Of a stretch of DNA of 64,000 bases, positions 1 to 12,500 are shown in pieces. Made by a program: the position numbers and the translations under genes. The stretch lies in assembly GCA_051530055.1 (NCBI GenBank), contig CM121343.1, positions 5,054,389 through 5,118,388 on the forward strand, given 5' to 3'. Under the pieces are notes generated by a model that was not told the DNA's origin, made no database searches, and was given only the letters and a program-made list of their open reading frames with translations. Position 1 is the first letter of the stretch; each line of letters begins with the position of its first letter. Source of the DNA: Neoechinorhynchus agilis. Its lineage: Eukaryota; Animalia; Acanthocephala.

Positions 1-2222
1 GTAATTTTTCCCGGTGATGGAGCTCGTAGCACCGAAGGGTCAAGTCGTTTATTGAACATTATCGAATGTGTGCCCACAAACAGACGGTAGTTATCTATGC
101 CTTCGTGAAGATATGAAGCGTAGCATCGCTCCCAATAATTGATCAACAATCCTCCATCGCTCATCCGATTTACGTCCACGTTGCAAGAAGATTTGTTAAC
201 TTCTACACAATAAGAAGTAGGAGCAGTCTTAGTAAGATTAAGGTAAAAAGTTTGATTCTGATAAATGAGTTCGACTTCACAAGTCGGGCAAGCACAGCCT
301 AAATGTGGTACCTGACCCTTGGTAAGAGTAGTGCAGCATGCCGACCATTTAGATTGCAATTGACCCTCGGCTACATGTACGGCAGCAAGGGTTGCATAAA
401 GTAAATTGCTTTGTGAGTTACTTTCATCCACTACTGCACTATCCTCGAGTGCAGCTGCTGATTGCTGTTGCTTTGTATGTCCAGCCGCAGCGATTAGCGA
501 ATCTAACCAATTGGTATCAGTCTGACCGCAGACGAAATCTTTCATTTCTAGCAATTTTATCAGGTACTCAATCGTAGTCACAAGGTCTCCTCTTATCGAC
601 AGCTCCTTTAGCGCTATTACCAAATTTTGACGGGCCTCTTCCCTAGTCTCGCCCCAAGAAAATATGTGACCAAATTGAGAATCCGCATATTCGTGTAGAC
701 CTCCACACGATGAAACACTGAAGTATCCCCACACATTACGGTTGCTTCGAAAATTAATGTCATCGACTGATCCTGAACTCGGTTTGAATCCTTCGTCGGG
801 ATTCTCACTTGTTATACGAGCGGCAATAGCGTGTCCCTTGGATGGTCTTTTTATCGACCAGTCATCGAAATCGATATGGGATTCACCCCAGGGCGATTCG
901 CCGTATAATAATCGAATGTCCTTAATGCGGTTCAGCGGAATTCCCATAGCAATTTGAATTTGACAAGCAGGAATATTAACAATGGCAATCATCTCGGTAC
1001 ACGGATGCTCAACTTGAAGTCGTGGATTGAGTTCCAAGAAGTAGAACTGGTTACTCGTGGGACAATACAGATACTCGACAGTGCCGGCACTTACGTAGCC
1101 AACCATTCTGGCTAAATCCAAAGCTGCCTTTTCCATTTGTTTACACATAGCATCCGGTGCAATGCAAACTGGTGCTTCCTCTATAATCTTCTGATGACGT
1201 CGTTGTACACTACAATCGCGTCCATACAAACTGACCGCGTTACCGTAGAAATCACAAAGTACTTGCACCTCGAGATGACGGGACGCAGAGGCGAATTTCA
1301 TTATGAAAATCGGTGATCCCGGTGCCTCAGCTTCGACTTGCCTGAATAGATGGTCAAAGTCTTCCTCGAGAACCACTTTTCGTATTCCCTTTCCGCCTCC
1401 ACCGCATGAAGCTTTGATCATAACCGGAAACCCAATTTTGTGCGAAGCACGGAGACCTTCCGCCGCAGTCCTGACACAAGCAGAAGCGTACAAAGTGTCC
1501 GGAACATTTGATATCAAATTGTCCTTTTCATCATCAGACTGGGCCAACTTTATACCCAATCCACTCCAAGGAAGTGTTGGCACACCAGCGGTCTGAGCAA
1601 TTATACAAGATGCAACCTTGTCGCCTAAGGCCCACATAGCACCGTGTGGTGGCCCAATGAAGCTTATATCATTTGATGCCAGCATCTCCGCCAACTTTGG
1701 GTTTTCGGACGCATGCCCCCAACCGGCCCAAACACCATCGACCGGTACACGCTTAGCAATGTCCACGATCAACTCGCAATTTGCATAGTTGTTATTATTT
1801 GGTCCACCAGGAACATTGACGACATGATCAGCCATTCGAATGTACTCGGCGTTCGCCCGCATATCCTCAGGTGTCACCATTGCGACGAAGGTAATCGCAT
1901 GCTCATTCTGGAAGGTTTCATAGCACCATTTACGGATAGATCGCATACATTTGACGGCAGCTATGCCATTATTGGCAATCAATATCTTACTGATTGACCT
2001 CTGACCGCCTGATGCTGCCACAAATTCATCAACGCACTTAAAATATTCCATCTGAACCGACGAGGACCTGTCATCTGTCGCTACTGTCGGAACATTGTTT
2101 TCGCTACATCGGCCATTAGATTTTTGTGAACTAGTGAATTTTTGAAAATGGATGTTCAAGAAAGCAAAGCTAATGCCTTACCCAGAGTCGCCGTCTTGAT
2201 CGATAAGAACATGATTTTCCAT
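1..2222 (-). CDS. ACC: Acetyl-CoA carboxylase, 5' part (biotin carboxylase domain to start of BCCP); runs off the window start
   Basis: Manual minus-strand translation: [13 protein letters not shown], one ~50-nt GT-AG intron, then [94 protein letters not shown] at the edge. Missing from the ORF track because there is no stop inside the window. Confidence 0.96.
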
Positions 2223-4348
2223 TCAGACAAAGTCTAAAAACCGAAATTATACTGTTTCTTCTAAGAGATTAAGTGATCATCGTATATTGGGGTGTCATGG
2301 AAATCGTTTGAAAGAAACTCGAGTTAACAGCCAAGTCATCATTGAACCCGAATGCTCTATTTTCTCAAATATAAACTACGTGGGAGAGGAGGGAACACCT
2401 AAGAACCTGAGTCAGCATGTAAATTTAACCGAATCGAACATTCGAGAAACGGAAGGTGCAAAACGAGTGCGGCGGTGACGGCAAATTACCACCCCAAACC
2501 AAGAACCAGCTCACAAAACGTACACACAAACGAACTTTACTTCAACATTTATTGGCTCCATTGGGTAGTTGATTTATGAACCTACGTCATCTTCGGTGGC
2601 ACTTTGGAGCTTCACAAAATTGCCTTCTTTCTGGCACATTTAATCATTCGGCGTGTTTTTTATACAAGTGACTCAAATGTAATAATTGATCCAAACTGCC
2701 GAATGCTTACGTCAATAATCCATCATCATCATTCGTCTGTTTAAACAACGATTCGGCTTTAAAAAATGAATTATTTCTGATCTAAAAGTGCTAATCCAAC
2801 CGTTGGCCGGTTTTTGTAGATGAAACAACCAGGTACTAAGTTAAAAATTTGGCATCCAGAAAATGAAAATCAACCGATTAATGCGAACGTCTAGGTGGAT
2901 TGATCAATTGTTGCTAGACGTAGAACCTAGTAACTTAAGCAATCACATACCTTTGAATTAGAGGTGCTTTTTCGGCTACTAGGAATCAACTTTCATCATT
3001 TTCAAATAAACCAGCTCTTGGACAAATTGAGAATGCGCTGCTGATTTCGTACCTCAATCGGTAAGGCAAATACTGATATTTCGAAATAATTCACTTAAGT
3101 AGCGGCCGTTCCACACATATATTCAATCAAGTCCTTTAGTTCCGAATTGAGTAGAGCTATGAAAATAAGATCATGAAAAAGTAAAACATTAATCATGTTA
3201 TTAGAAAATCAAATATTTTTGTTTAAAAGCAAAAGAACGTGTATCCAATCATACATTCCAATTGGAGCGACTTATTATGAACCTTTTGATTGTGCACTTA
3301 ACTGAATTCGAACTTTCTCCTTAATTTTAGGATCTGCCGCAAAAACCGGATATCAATCCCACTCAAGTGGATTTCTGCGTGCTACTTAGCAATCTTTGTC
3401 TGTATTTTGACCAACGTTGTTTTGCTTCCAACTGAGTTTTGTAATAATAGTACCCTAGAAATGTATACAGTTTTCAAGGAAAAATGAAACCGCGATTATC
3501 GATTTGTTTCAATAGATTTTAGAGAAAGACATAAACTTACGACAAGACATTCCTCTAACGGTAAAATGAACGAGCTCACAAAACGTACCGTTGAGCCCCA
3601 TTTCCTAAAGTCATGCAAAACGTTCTGCCCAATAGACGAATCCTTCTATCGCCTACTAATGTCCGTGGCTGTAATAGACTTCCATGAAAAAAGCTACCAA
3701 TCTGCGCCACCATCTAAAATCCTTTTTTTCCAGAAATTTGCTAATTAATTCCACTCTTGCAAATCAGTTGAGCATCCCGAATTGGAAGCGAGATGATTTC
3801 CATGACTAAGCTATGTACCCCTTTACTCGATGTTTCCATTCACATAGGCAAAAATTAAGATAAAAAGCTTTTACAAAACAAATATTTTTCCGACTAATCA
3901 CATTTAGCAATTGATATAAGCCAGGTAAGTTTATTATCTTCTCTTTATAGACCTTATTACTGTTTGTTCGCTTACATAAAAACAACGATAAGGCCTGAAT
4001 CAGAAAAGGGCATAAGTTTCCCGACAATTCGATTCAAAAGTCTGAAATCGATTCGGGCAAAAGGATGTCATTCTGCTCGGTCCTAATAAAACGGTTTGTT
4101 GATCATGATCCCTTTCCATTAGACTTAGCCTTGTTTGCACCACCACTCAGGTAGATTTCAATCCCTACGCCATTTTGACGATATTTTTTCATATCCAAAC
4201 TTATTTCAGTGAAAAGAACTCAATAAATTGTTTCTTTGGTGAGAAACCCTCACAACGAAACATGAGCATTTTTCGTTTAAATGCGAGAAAAGTGAAAATC
4301 AAAACAAGATTGTGCGAACTGAGATTAGATTTGCGAACAATGTTTGTC

Positions 4349-6520
4349 CTACCAATCTCTTGAGGATCGTCCGTAATCTTAATTAAAAGATAATTTAGCA
4401 GTTTCGTTCTATAGAACTCTCTTACCTTCGACTGAATTAAAGATCGCAGGATTTATGGAGGACACGTAGGTCAACGGTAAAGTCGGATATATTTGGTCGA
4501 TGCTCATGGTTCCATCACTGAGCGTTGAGTGCAGATTTGTATTAGTTGGTGAAGTATTGACACCAAGAGAAGGTGAAGTGATCGGTGACATTGCATCGGG
4601 TGCTCTATAACCGATTGAGGATAGTAGTGTGTCTGTAGTGGGTGAAGCTTGCAAACTATTATTGTTCATTGTACGCTGAGTATGGCTCGCCCTTAAAGGG
4701 ACAGTAGGTAATGGTTTAAAAGAGCTTAAGAGAATGTCTCGTTTTGTATTGTCATTGTAACGCTGGTGACGGTGACCAAGTGCACAATGGTCGGTTTGTT
4801 GGGGACTAGCAATAGTCTGATTTATTGCGGTCGCTTGGTCTCGTCTGAACTGATTGAACGTTAACGTTATGTGCTGCGAGATTGAAAGAATGTGTTGCTT
4901 GAGACTATGTATAACTTGTTTGAGATCATTAATGTGATGACTGGTTTCTTCGGCGAAGACTCTATCATTCAGAATATTTTGACCATGATGCATCCTGGAC
5001 AGAAAGGTATACGCAACCCTGTTCAGCTCAATGTTTGTTCCGATCAGTCGGAATTGATAGGCGAAAAGTTCACGAATGCGTTTTAGAATAGATACTGGTA
5101 GACGGTGGAGCAAAAGATGATCCGGAAGGAGGCCACTGCGGACGGCAATTCCATATTGCTGAATTGTATACTTGTCGTCCGGGTTAAGGGTTTGTTGATT
5201 CAAAATAGACCGCGATTGTTGCTCGTGAGGGCGATATCGCAAAGATTGCAGTCCGGCTTGATAAGCACTGGGTATCTGCTGCTGTTGCTGAGAAACCACT
5301 TCCGGTTTGTAAAGGCGACTACTATTTGTTGCCACGGCTACTGACGCCGTAGCTGTAGTCACAACAGCAGCAGCCGCCGCGGCTGCCGCGGCTGCATCTG
5401 CGGCCATTGAATTGAAATGGGCATTTCCAATAGAATTTCCGATCATCGTTGCCGCTAGAAGCGAGCTCCGTTCATTCCTTCGTCCCTCTTGTCCAAGCTG
5501 ACTCAAGAAGGCAGTATACGCCGCAGCGGCGGCCGCTGCTGCTGTCGCTACAGATTCACTGACTACACTGGTTCGCATAAGTTCACCAAAGTTCGTTGAA
5601 GGGACATTGGAAAAAGGTCCAGAAGTAACGGAAGGCGTCCATCTTGGCTGTGATCTCCTTAACGAAGGTCTTACAGACATCTCTTTGGGATCTTCTGCTT
5701 GAACTAGTAGACTTGGAGCAGGAGATGTCACACTGGGAATTATGGGTGGTCCAGGAGGTGTCGTTGAATTAGACAATGTTGGCCATTGTTCAACATTTTG
5801 GTTGCATAAAGGGGAAGACACTGTTCCAATCGACGGCGGTGATTCTAATGGAATGGTAGTTTGTTGCAAATCCTGATGCCACGGTCTTCGTTTATTTCTG
5901 ACAGCTTGTGATCCACCCCGACCCCGGACCACAGTAGAGCGGTTATACCATTCACTGATTTCCTCTTGCTGATTGGATTGTTCTGCTGTGTGCATCAATT
6001 CATTCTCAGGTGAGTGTTCATTTGCTGCCGCAGCAGACCAACCGCGACGTTTCGTTTGGTTGCGTTTACCGGCATTGTTTCTCCTGCGATTTTTGCAGCA
6101 TCCCTTCCATCTATTAATATTTTCATTCTGATAAGCAGTATTTCGCCAAATGTTTGTTCCTTTAATGGCATCAAAGTCCGCTTTATCGTCGGTATTCGTA
6201 CGTCCTATGTTGCAATTTTTCGATGAATCAGGCCAACCCGTAGGTTGAACCCATTTCGAATTAATCGAGCGGTTATAAAATACATTATTGTCTCCATCAT
6301 CATCCGAAATTCGTTTCGATATTTGATTGGTCATTGAATCCACCAACGGCTGTCGATCAGCATCGGGTCCTGGATTCCAATATCGCGATTGAGCCGCGTT
6401 CTGTAACGGTGTTGTGTTGGATTCCCAAGACGATTGGGGTTCAATGGACCAATCCTGCCTCAATATTTCGAGCCCACCTTCCGTTGACGATGAATTCGGA
6501 CACGCTAATTGTCGATTCAT
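4349..6520 (-). CDS. GW182/TNRC6-like (AIN-1-type) Trp-repeat protein with a putative M domain
   Basis: 703-aa ORF plus a short last exon (DYGRSSRDW*) after a gtaag...ttaag intron. Twelve dispersed Trp in the low-complexity N-terminal ~300 aa, poly-Ala/Gln middle, and QQYGIAVRSGLLPDHLLLHRLPVSILKRIRELF, which resembles the GW182 M domain as recalled. Confidence 0.55.
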
Positions 6521-7249
6521 TAAAGGTAATCGTGTGTTGAAGTGATCGGGCGAAATCGTATTTTCTACAAAAACAAAAATAACCCACTGGTTTACCTGTC
6601 AGGTAGCAGCCGAGCGAACTGCATTTTAAACAATGAAATTCTTCCGTACTTCAGGTCACGCTCAGAAAGTATGACGTGTACAATAAACCACCTTCATCGC
6701 CCCGATCGATAACTTATTCCACTGAAAACAAAGGCGATGCAGATCCTTGTATCCCTCTATGCGAACACGATTGGAATTCAATTTCTTCCGCCGTTCAATG
6801 ATGTCAGCTAGTATGGGAGCTCACGTTACTCGTTGCGGTGGATATTCAATTAATTACAAATATAAGTTTCACTCGCCGTGAAAAAATTAAATTTGAACGT
6901 CCTATACTCCCAAACTCAGTGCAGTTTGCAAAATGACTATTTTCACTCAAAACGTTCTTCTAACAATGTTACTTCCGTGTTCAAACGTGAACGATTGAAA
7001 TCTTCTGCGCGACGATGAGCGACGGAGATGTGGTGGCGATCGTAACCCCCTCCCCCACAGTAAAGAAGATGTTGGAATATTTTGAGCCATTGCCAACAAA
7101 TTTTCTATAAGGGACGCTGGGATTATAATCACCGCAACTCCAACTTGTAGATAATATCATCCTTTTCGAAAGTCTTTAATGTGTTGACTTTTCAGCCGTT
7201 CCCTCAACAATGAGTTAGGAATATGCTCAAAGGAAAGTGCTATTTAATC

Positions 7250-8640
7250 TATATAATACGAAGAGATGGTTGCAGGACCTTCTACGGAAAGAAAACAGTG
7301 TGCCAGGAGTTGAAACGAAGGGATTTCTCGATGAGTTGTTCCCTGCAATTAATAATCTGATTAAAAGAGCTGCGCACAAAGACCTCGAGTGTTGCACTTA
7401 CACGAAGAAAGCTAAACCATTTAACTCCATTGCTAAGAGCCCGATCTTTATAATAAGAAAAGAAAGTTGCAGGGCCTTCTATGGAAAGAACACAATGTGC
7501 CAGGAGTTAAAACGAAGTGGTTTCTCGATGATGAGTTGTTCCCTGCAATTAATAATCTGATTAAAAGAGCTGCGTCCAAAGACCTCGAGTGTTGCACTTA
7601 CACGAAGAAAGCTAAACCATTAAGCTCCATTGCTAAGAGCCCAATCTTTATAATAAGAAGAGAAAGTTGCAGGGCCTTCTACGGAAAGAAAACAGTGTGC
7701 CAGGAGTTAAAACGAAGTGATTTCTCGATGACGAGCTTTTCCCTGCAATTAATAATCTGATTAAAAGAGCTGCATCCCAAGACCTCGATTGTTGTATCTA
7801 CACGAAGAAAGCTAAATCATTAAGCTTCATTGTTAAGAGCCCGATCTTTATAATAAGAAGAGAAAGTTGCAGGGCCTTCTATGGAAAGAACACAGCGTGC
7901 CAAGAGTTAAAACGAAGTGATTTCTCGATGACGAGCTGTTCCCTGCAATTAATAATCTGATTAAAAGAGCTGCATCCCAAGACCTCGATTGTTGTATCTA
8001 CACGAAGAAAGCTAAACCATTAAGCTCCATTGCTAAGAGCCCAATCTTTATAATAAGAAGAGAAAGTTGCAGGGCCTTCTACGGAAAGAACACAGTGTGC
8101 CAGGAGTTAAAACGCAGTGATTTCTCGATGATGAGCTGCTCCCTGCAATTAATAATCTGATTAAAAGAGCTGCGCACAAAGACCTCGAGTGTTGCACTTA
8201 CACGAAGAAGGCTAAACCATTTAACTCCATTGCTAAGAGCCCGATCTTTATAATAAGAAAAGAAAGTTGCAGGGCCTTCTACGGAAAGAACACAGTGTGC
8301 CAGGAGTTAAAACGCAGTGATTTCTCGATGATGAGCTGCTCCCTGCAATTAATAATCTGATTAAAAGAGCTGCGCCCAAAGACCTCGAGTGTTGCACTTA
8401 CACGAAAGCCAAATCATTAAGCTCCATTGTTAAGAACCCAATTTATATAATAAGAAGAGATGGTTGCAGGGCCTTCTACGGAAAGAAAACAGTGTGCCAA
8501 GAGTTGAAACGAAGGGATTTCTCGATGATGAGTTGTTCCCTCCAGTTAATAATCTGATTAAAAGAGCTGCGCCCAAAGACCTCGATTGTTGTATATATAC
8601 GAAGAAAGCTAAATCATTAAGTTCCATTGTTAAGAAACGA
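7250..8640 (+). repeat. Tandem array, ~7 copies of a 200-bp unit derived from a Penelope-like element
   Basis: The motif ttgcagg recurs at 7270, 7467, 7667, 7867, 8067, 8267 and 8464. The last unit reads directly into a GIY-YIG-type sequence. Confidence 0.92.
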
Positions 8641-8870
8641 GACGAACATGAAAGTAAAGGTGTGGTGTACAGAATTCCTTGCAGCAAATTTAGACAATAT
8701 CCTACGTATGCCAAATAAACAGATCACCAAACACAACAGGGCAACTTCATGGGCATTGACAACGCCACCATTTTTGCACAAAGTTGATCCTAATGGTACC
8801 GCGCGTTATGATGGAGGTTCATGTTGAAACATTAGACTGGTAAATAAAGCGGAATTGAAACTGAATCTGA
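8560..8870 (+). mobile_element. Degenerate Penelope-like element, GIY-YIG endonuclease remnant
   Basis: KRDEHESKGVVYRIPC followed by the stop-riddled IDNATIFAQS..WYR..MEVHV, matching the PLE endonuclease pattern. Confidence 0.65.
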
Positions 8871-9229
8871 AAACAATGTAAATTTAATCATCCGCCACGT
8901 GTATATTTAAGACTTTAATAAAGACGCACTAATAAATTCCTTCAATTTTTCACCGTCATAAAAAAGGACACTTACAATTCAATCTTCAAACAACACTTCC
9001 TTTTGTACAGAATACGCGGGTTAAGATGTGATTGCATGGGATTAACTTTGTTTTGCTGTATGGATTTTAATTACTTAGATTCGAATTTGCTCGATATTGC
9101 ATTTTTGATGCAACGAGCAAGTCGCATCTTGATCATTTTTATTCTGTTATTGATATTTGTGAATGATTAAACGATATTGCTATTTATGAATCTCATAATT
9201 ATATTAAATCGCTATTTCGGATTTAAGAT

Positions 9230-9560
9230 TGATGTTTGCACAAACTCTGAACACGTTTCGCCATGGACGAATAAGGTTTTACAATCATTTATTTTATTCA
9301 GCAGAAGCTCGTTTTTCATCCTTCCCAGAACTTCGCACCTCCCTCCGCTCCTTTTTTCATACTGGCCAATCGTCTCGGATATCATGGCCCGAAATGAACC
9401 TGAGGAAAGACCGAAGCTTTCCTGCACACAATAACCGCCAGTCCCCGTCCGAACAAACTTTCCAACCCGACCGAATCCGTAGTCCACTGCAAAATCGGTT
9501 ATGAGGACCCAAAGGTACATGGGTCCCTTTCTTTGTTGACTAACAAATAAACGTGTTATT
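9230..9560 (+). repeat. Copy of a dispersed repeat family (probable Penelope terminal region); related copies at ~23400-23760 and ~24780-25050
   Basis: Shared core ccaat(cg/at)t(c)tcggatatcat..ccgaaatgaacc. This copy ends in the hairpin ggacccaaaggtacatgggtcc, preceded by (t)tatga. Confidence 0.55.
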
Positions 9561-10039
9561 ATTTACAACTTTGAAGAATTATGAATAATGTAAACACGTA
9601 GCATTATACTTTAACATTAACCGGAACGATCACGGCGGATGTACAGATAAACTGTCATGAATTTTCACGGAAACAGAAGTCAATCTTAATTTCGAGCGAA
9701 CCGCATAATTATGTAAGCGCCAAATGCTGCACGTTCCGGATTCTAAAATTGCGCTTCTATTAGCCACACATCAGAAAGCGTCGTAAAAACCTAACTACAT
9801 GATTCTAATTTTGGTGAAAATAATCCCAGTAATAGCATATTTGATTTATTGGAGCTATTTAGCGAGGTAACTTCGCCTCATCAGTCATTTAAAAATATGC
9901 TTTTACCACTCTGGTTTAAAGCTCGAGTGCGCTGGATCGCCAAACCCGAAGTTTGGGCCAATTACGTTTTCCATGACTTTAGTATTGATTTTTAACACGT
10001 CTCTGGGTGGAAGTTTCAAGCTAAAATTAGCTTTATTTC

Positions 10040-10300
10040 CTTCCATTGTGTTGGGCACAGCAATGTGTAAGGTCTCCGGGGCTAATGGCGATCCCATCGC
10101 TACACCATCTTTTTGATCGTAGAAAGCACCCTCAAATTTGAGGTTACCTCGCAAAATATCTCCAATAAATCAAATATGCTATTACCGGGAGTATTTTCAC
10201 CAAAATTATACTTTGACTAACCCGAAGGACTTTCTATCGATGACTAACTACATAATTCGTAAAGCGAAGAATTTTCAACTCAATAAAAGCATTGAGAACC
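10040..10300 (-). mobile_element. Penelope-like reverse transcriptase fragment
   Basis: DLLEIF...FEGAFYDQKDGVAMGSPLAP with frameshifts. An inverted partial copy of its flank lies at ~9810-9885. Confidence 0.85.
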
Positions 10301-10592
10301 TTTTCAGAAGAAATTTTCATATGAATGAATTTGAGACTTAAAATGAGGAATGAGTATACGAATTCAAATAATTAGTTCAATTATTTTCCATATGTTTGTT
10401 TATCGCGAAAAATTGAAGGAATTTATAAAATCTGATATTTCGGTACAATCCCGTGCCTTTATCAAGGTTGTTTGTCCTAGGAATTTTTATAAAGTGAAGA
10501 TCTACAATTTTATTTTTATGTGCTTTATTTGCTTTTAAAGGACGATAAAGCTCAAACTTCAAAATACTTAGACTTATTGTTTAGGTATTCAC

Positions 10593-10740
10593 CCGGTAAA
10601 TAATTTTTATTAAAAACGTTCTGCGAATCTCGTCGGGTTCATCGTCAATTTGCTAGTTATTCAAAAACCCTCAATAACTAACAAACTGATGATGAACCCG
10701 ACGAGGTTCGAAGGGTTTTTTGATAAAAAATTATTTACAG
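10593..10740. repeat. Imperfect inverted repeat (~65-bp arms) carrying a decayed hammerhead-like core
   Basis: taaataattttt...tcgtcgggttcatcgtcaatttgctagttatt pairs with aataactaacaaactgatgatgaacccgacgaggttcgaag...aaaaattattta. Confidence 0.8.
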
Positions 10741-11764
10741 AGTAAAAAAATATATTGTCAAGGACGGCGGGCGTTTTAATTTTAAATCAAGTTTGAAAAT
10801 AGGGTATTTTCTTATTGAAGCGTTTTGGACAGTCAGCAAAATATCGCCATAATTCCCTGAGTATTTAGCACATTAGTTAAAAGGGCTTTTAGCAAAAAAA
10901 ACCGACAATGGGGTTTCCAGAGGAAATTGCACGAACGTTTTTCAGGGGATTTAATCCGTTTAAAGTGAAATGTCTTTTTGTGTGCACTTGTGTTCTTTTC
11001 ACGGTCGTTTAAACAATGATTGGTTTAACCGCCGCTAGCCAAATAGCGCGATAAACTCAGAAAAGTCAGTTGCGCTCCAAATTTATAAGTTCCCATGGGA
11101 ACGGCCAAACATTTTAATCCCCCATTGCCTCGAGGATGCAGTATTCCTTTTCCGAATCGTTGAATTTTTTGATAAAAATCGTTGACTGCACGGGTTGTTG
11201 TTGTTGTCGTTGTCGTTGCGACCAGCCATTTTCTAATTTGGTCCGACGGGACCAATTATCTCAATGACAAGAGATTAGACTTTCGTAAGCTATTTGAATG
11301 TGTGAGACAGATCTCCATTTATAAGTGGCTCAAGACATTGACTCAGAATTGAGACTAATATTTGCAGGTCTAAAATTCGACAAAAAAAATGGTTATACAA
11401 AAACGAAACTAAGCCGCAAGTTCACTACAGTATCTAGAACTCGCCTACTTTCAAAAGCACAAGTTGCGTTAGTATCAGAGGGAGAAGAGCGGAGACAAAA
11501 CGACAAGTGCACAAATGCATTCTTCGTTGAAAATGTAGGGTCAAACCACACACCTCCATTCGTTTTCACGTCTTTATCTAAAGTCTATTTTTTCGAATTT
11601 ACTTTCTTCGACACATTCACATTTCGAACGGGCGATATTACGAGTCATTATTTCTCTAGAGATAATTAAATGACCACGAGAAGTGACCCATCATTCCGAA
11701 TTTTATCCTCACGAACACACGGAGTAAGTATTTTAAAACTATATCGAGTGCTCTAACTCTCTTA

Positions 11765-12283
11765 GACAACCAGGGATTCAGACATTGCAGCTTCATCCAA
11801 GACAGTGCACCCTCTCATCCGATAAACCAACAACCGATCAAGCGAAACTCCAAAGTAAATGAGTGTTCATGGGATAGCTCGTATACCGCCAACGAACTTT
11901 CAATAGCCCAATCCACCGACTATATTCCTAAAACTTGGTATTTTGAACCAATGAGGTTGAACACGTCTGCTTTTGTACAATCGAATCGTCCGGTATCTAT
12001 GAAATCAATCAGCAATCTAGGACTCCTCGATAGCAATGCCAAATCGAGCCCGGTGGTATACAAAACTAGGTCAACAACTAATGGACAATACTCGCTTTCT
12101 TGGATTAAGCCTCCTTGCACAAACAAACAAGCGTGCTATTCTAGGTCCTCAATGAATGAATCGCTTTTCGGAGCCGAGCCGGGAATCATTAGACAACATT
12201 ATATACCAAGATACAGAGAACGTATAGTTGAGAAGAGAACAACTCAATACCGAACACCGTTTGTACCTGCAACTCAAATATGA
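11765..12283 (+). CDS. Hypothetical protein exon, function unknown
   Basis: The frame of ORF 11951-12283 stays open back to a 42-nt gtaagt...ctaactctcttag intron. No recognisable motif and the upstream exon is unresolved. Confidence 0.25.
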   Translation, partial: DNQGFRHCSFIQDSAPSHPINQQPIKRNSKVNECSWDSSYTANELSIAQSTDYIPKTWYFEPMRLNTSAFVQSNRPVSMKSISNLGLLDSNAKSSPVVYKTRSTTNGQYSLSWIKPPCTNKQACYSRSSMNESLFGAEPGIIRQHYIPRYRERIVEKRTTQYRTPFVPATQI

Positions 12284-12500
12284 ATCCGTTTTAGGAGGAA
12301 GACAACCTGATCATGGATGACATGGCTCACATAGGTGCGCGTGTTCATCTATGGATCAAAATGTAAGAATGTCATTTACTGGTTAAATAAATTTAAAATA
12401 ACTCTCTCACTGAGACAACATTTATGGGAAAAGAACTTTTTAAATCTACCTGTGTGTGTAAACGTTCGCAACGCTAAACGAGTAAGCCTGAACGCAAATA

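Noticed and set aside
3300-4030. Small spliced gene between ACC and the GW182-like gene
   Set aside because: A gtaagt...tttctag intron is visible, but no frame extends to a start codon or a recognisable domain.
7250-8640. CRISPR-like array (also considered for 16894-17820 and 56050-57440)
   Set aside because: The units are wholly repeated with no unique spacers, the context is eukaryotic and there are no cas genes.
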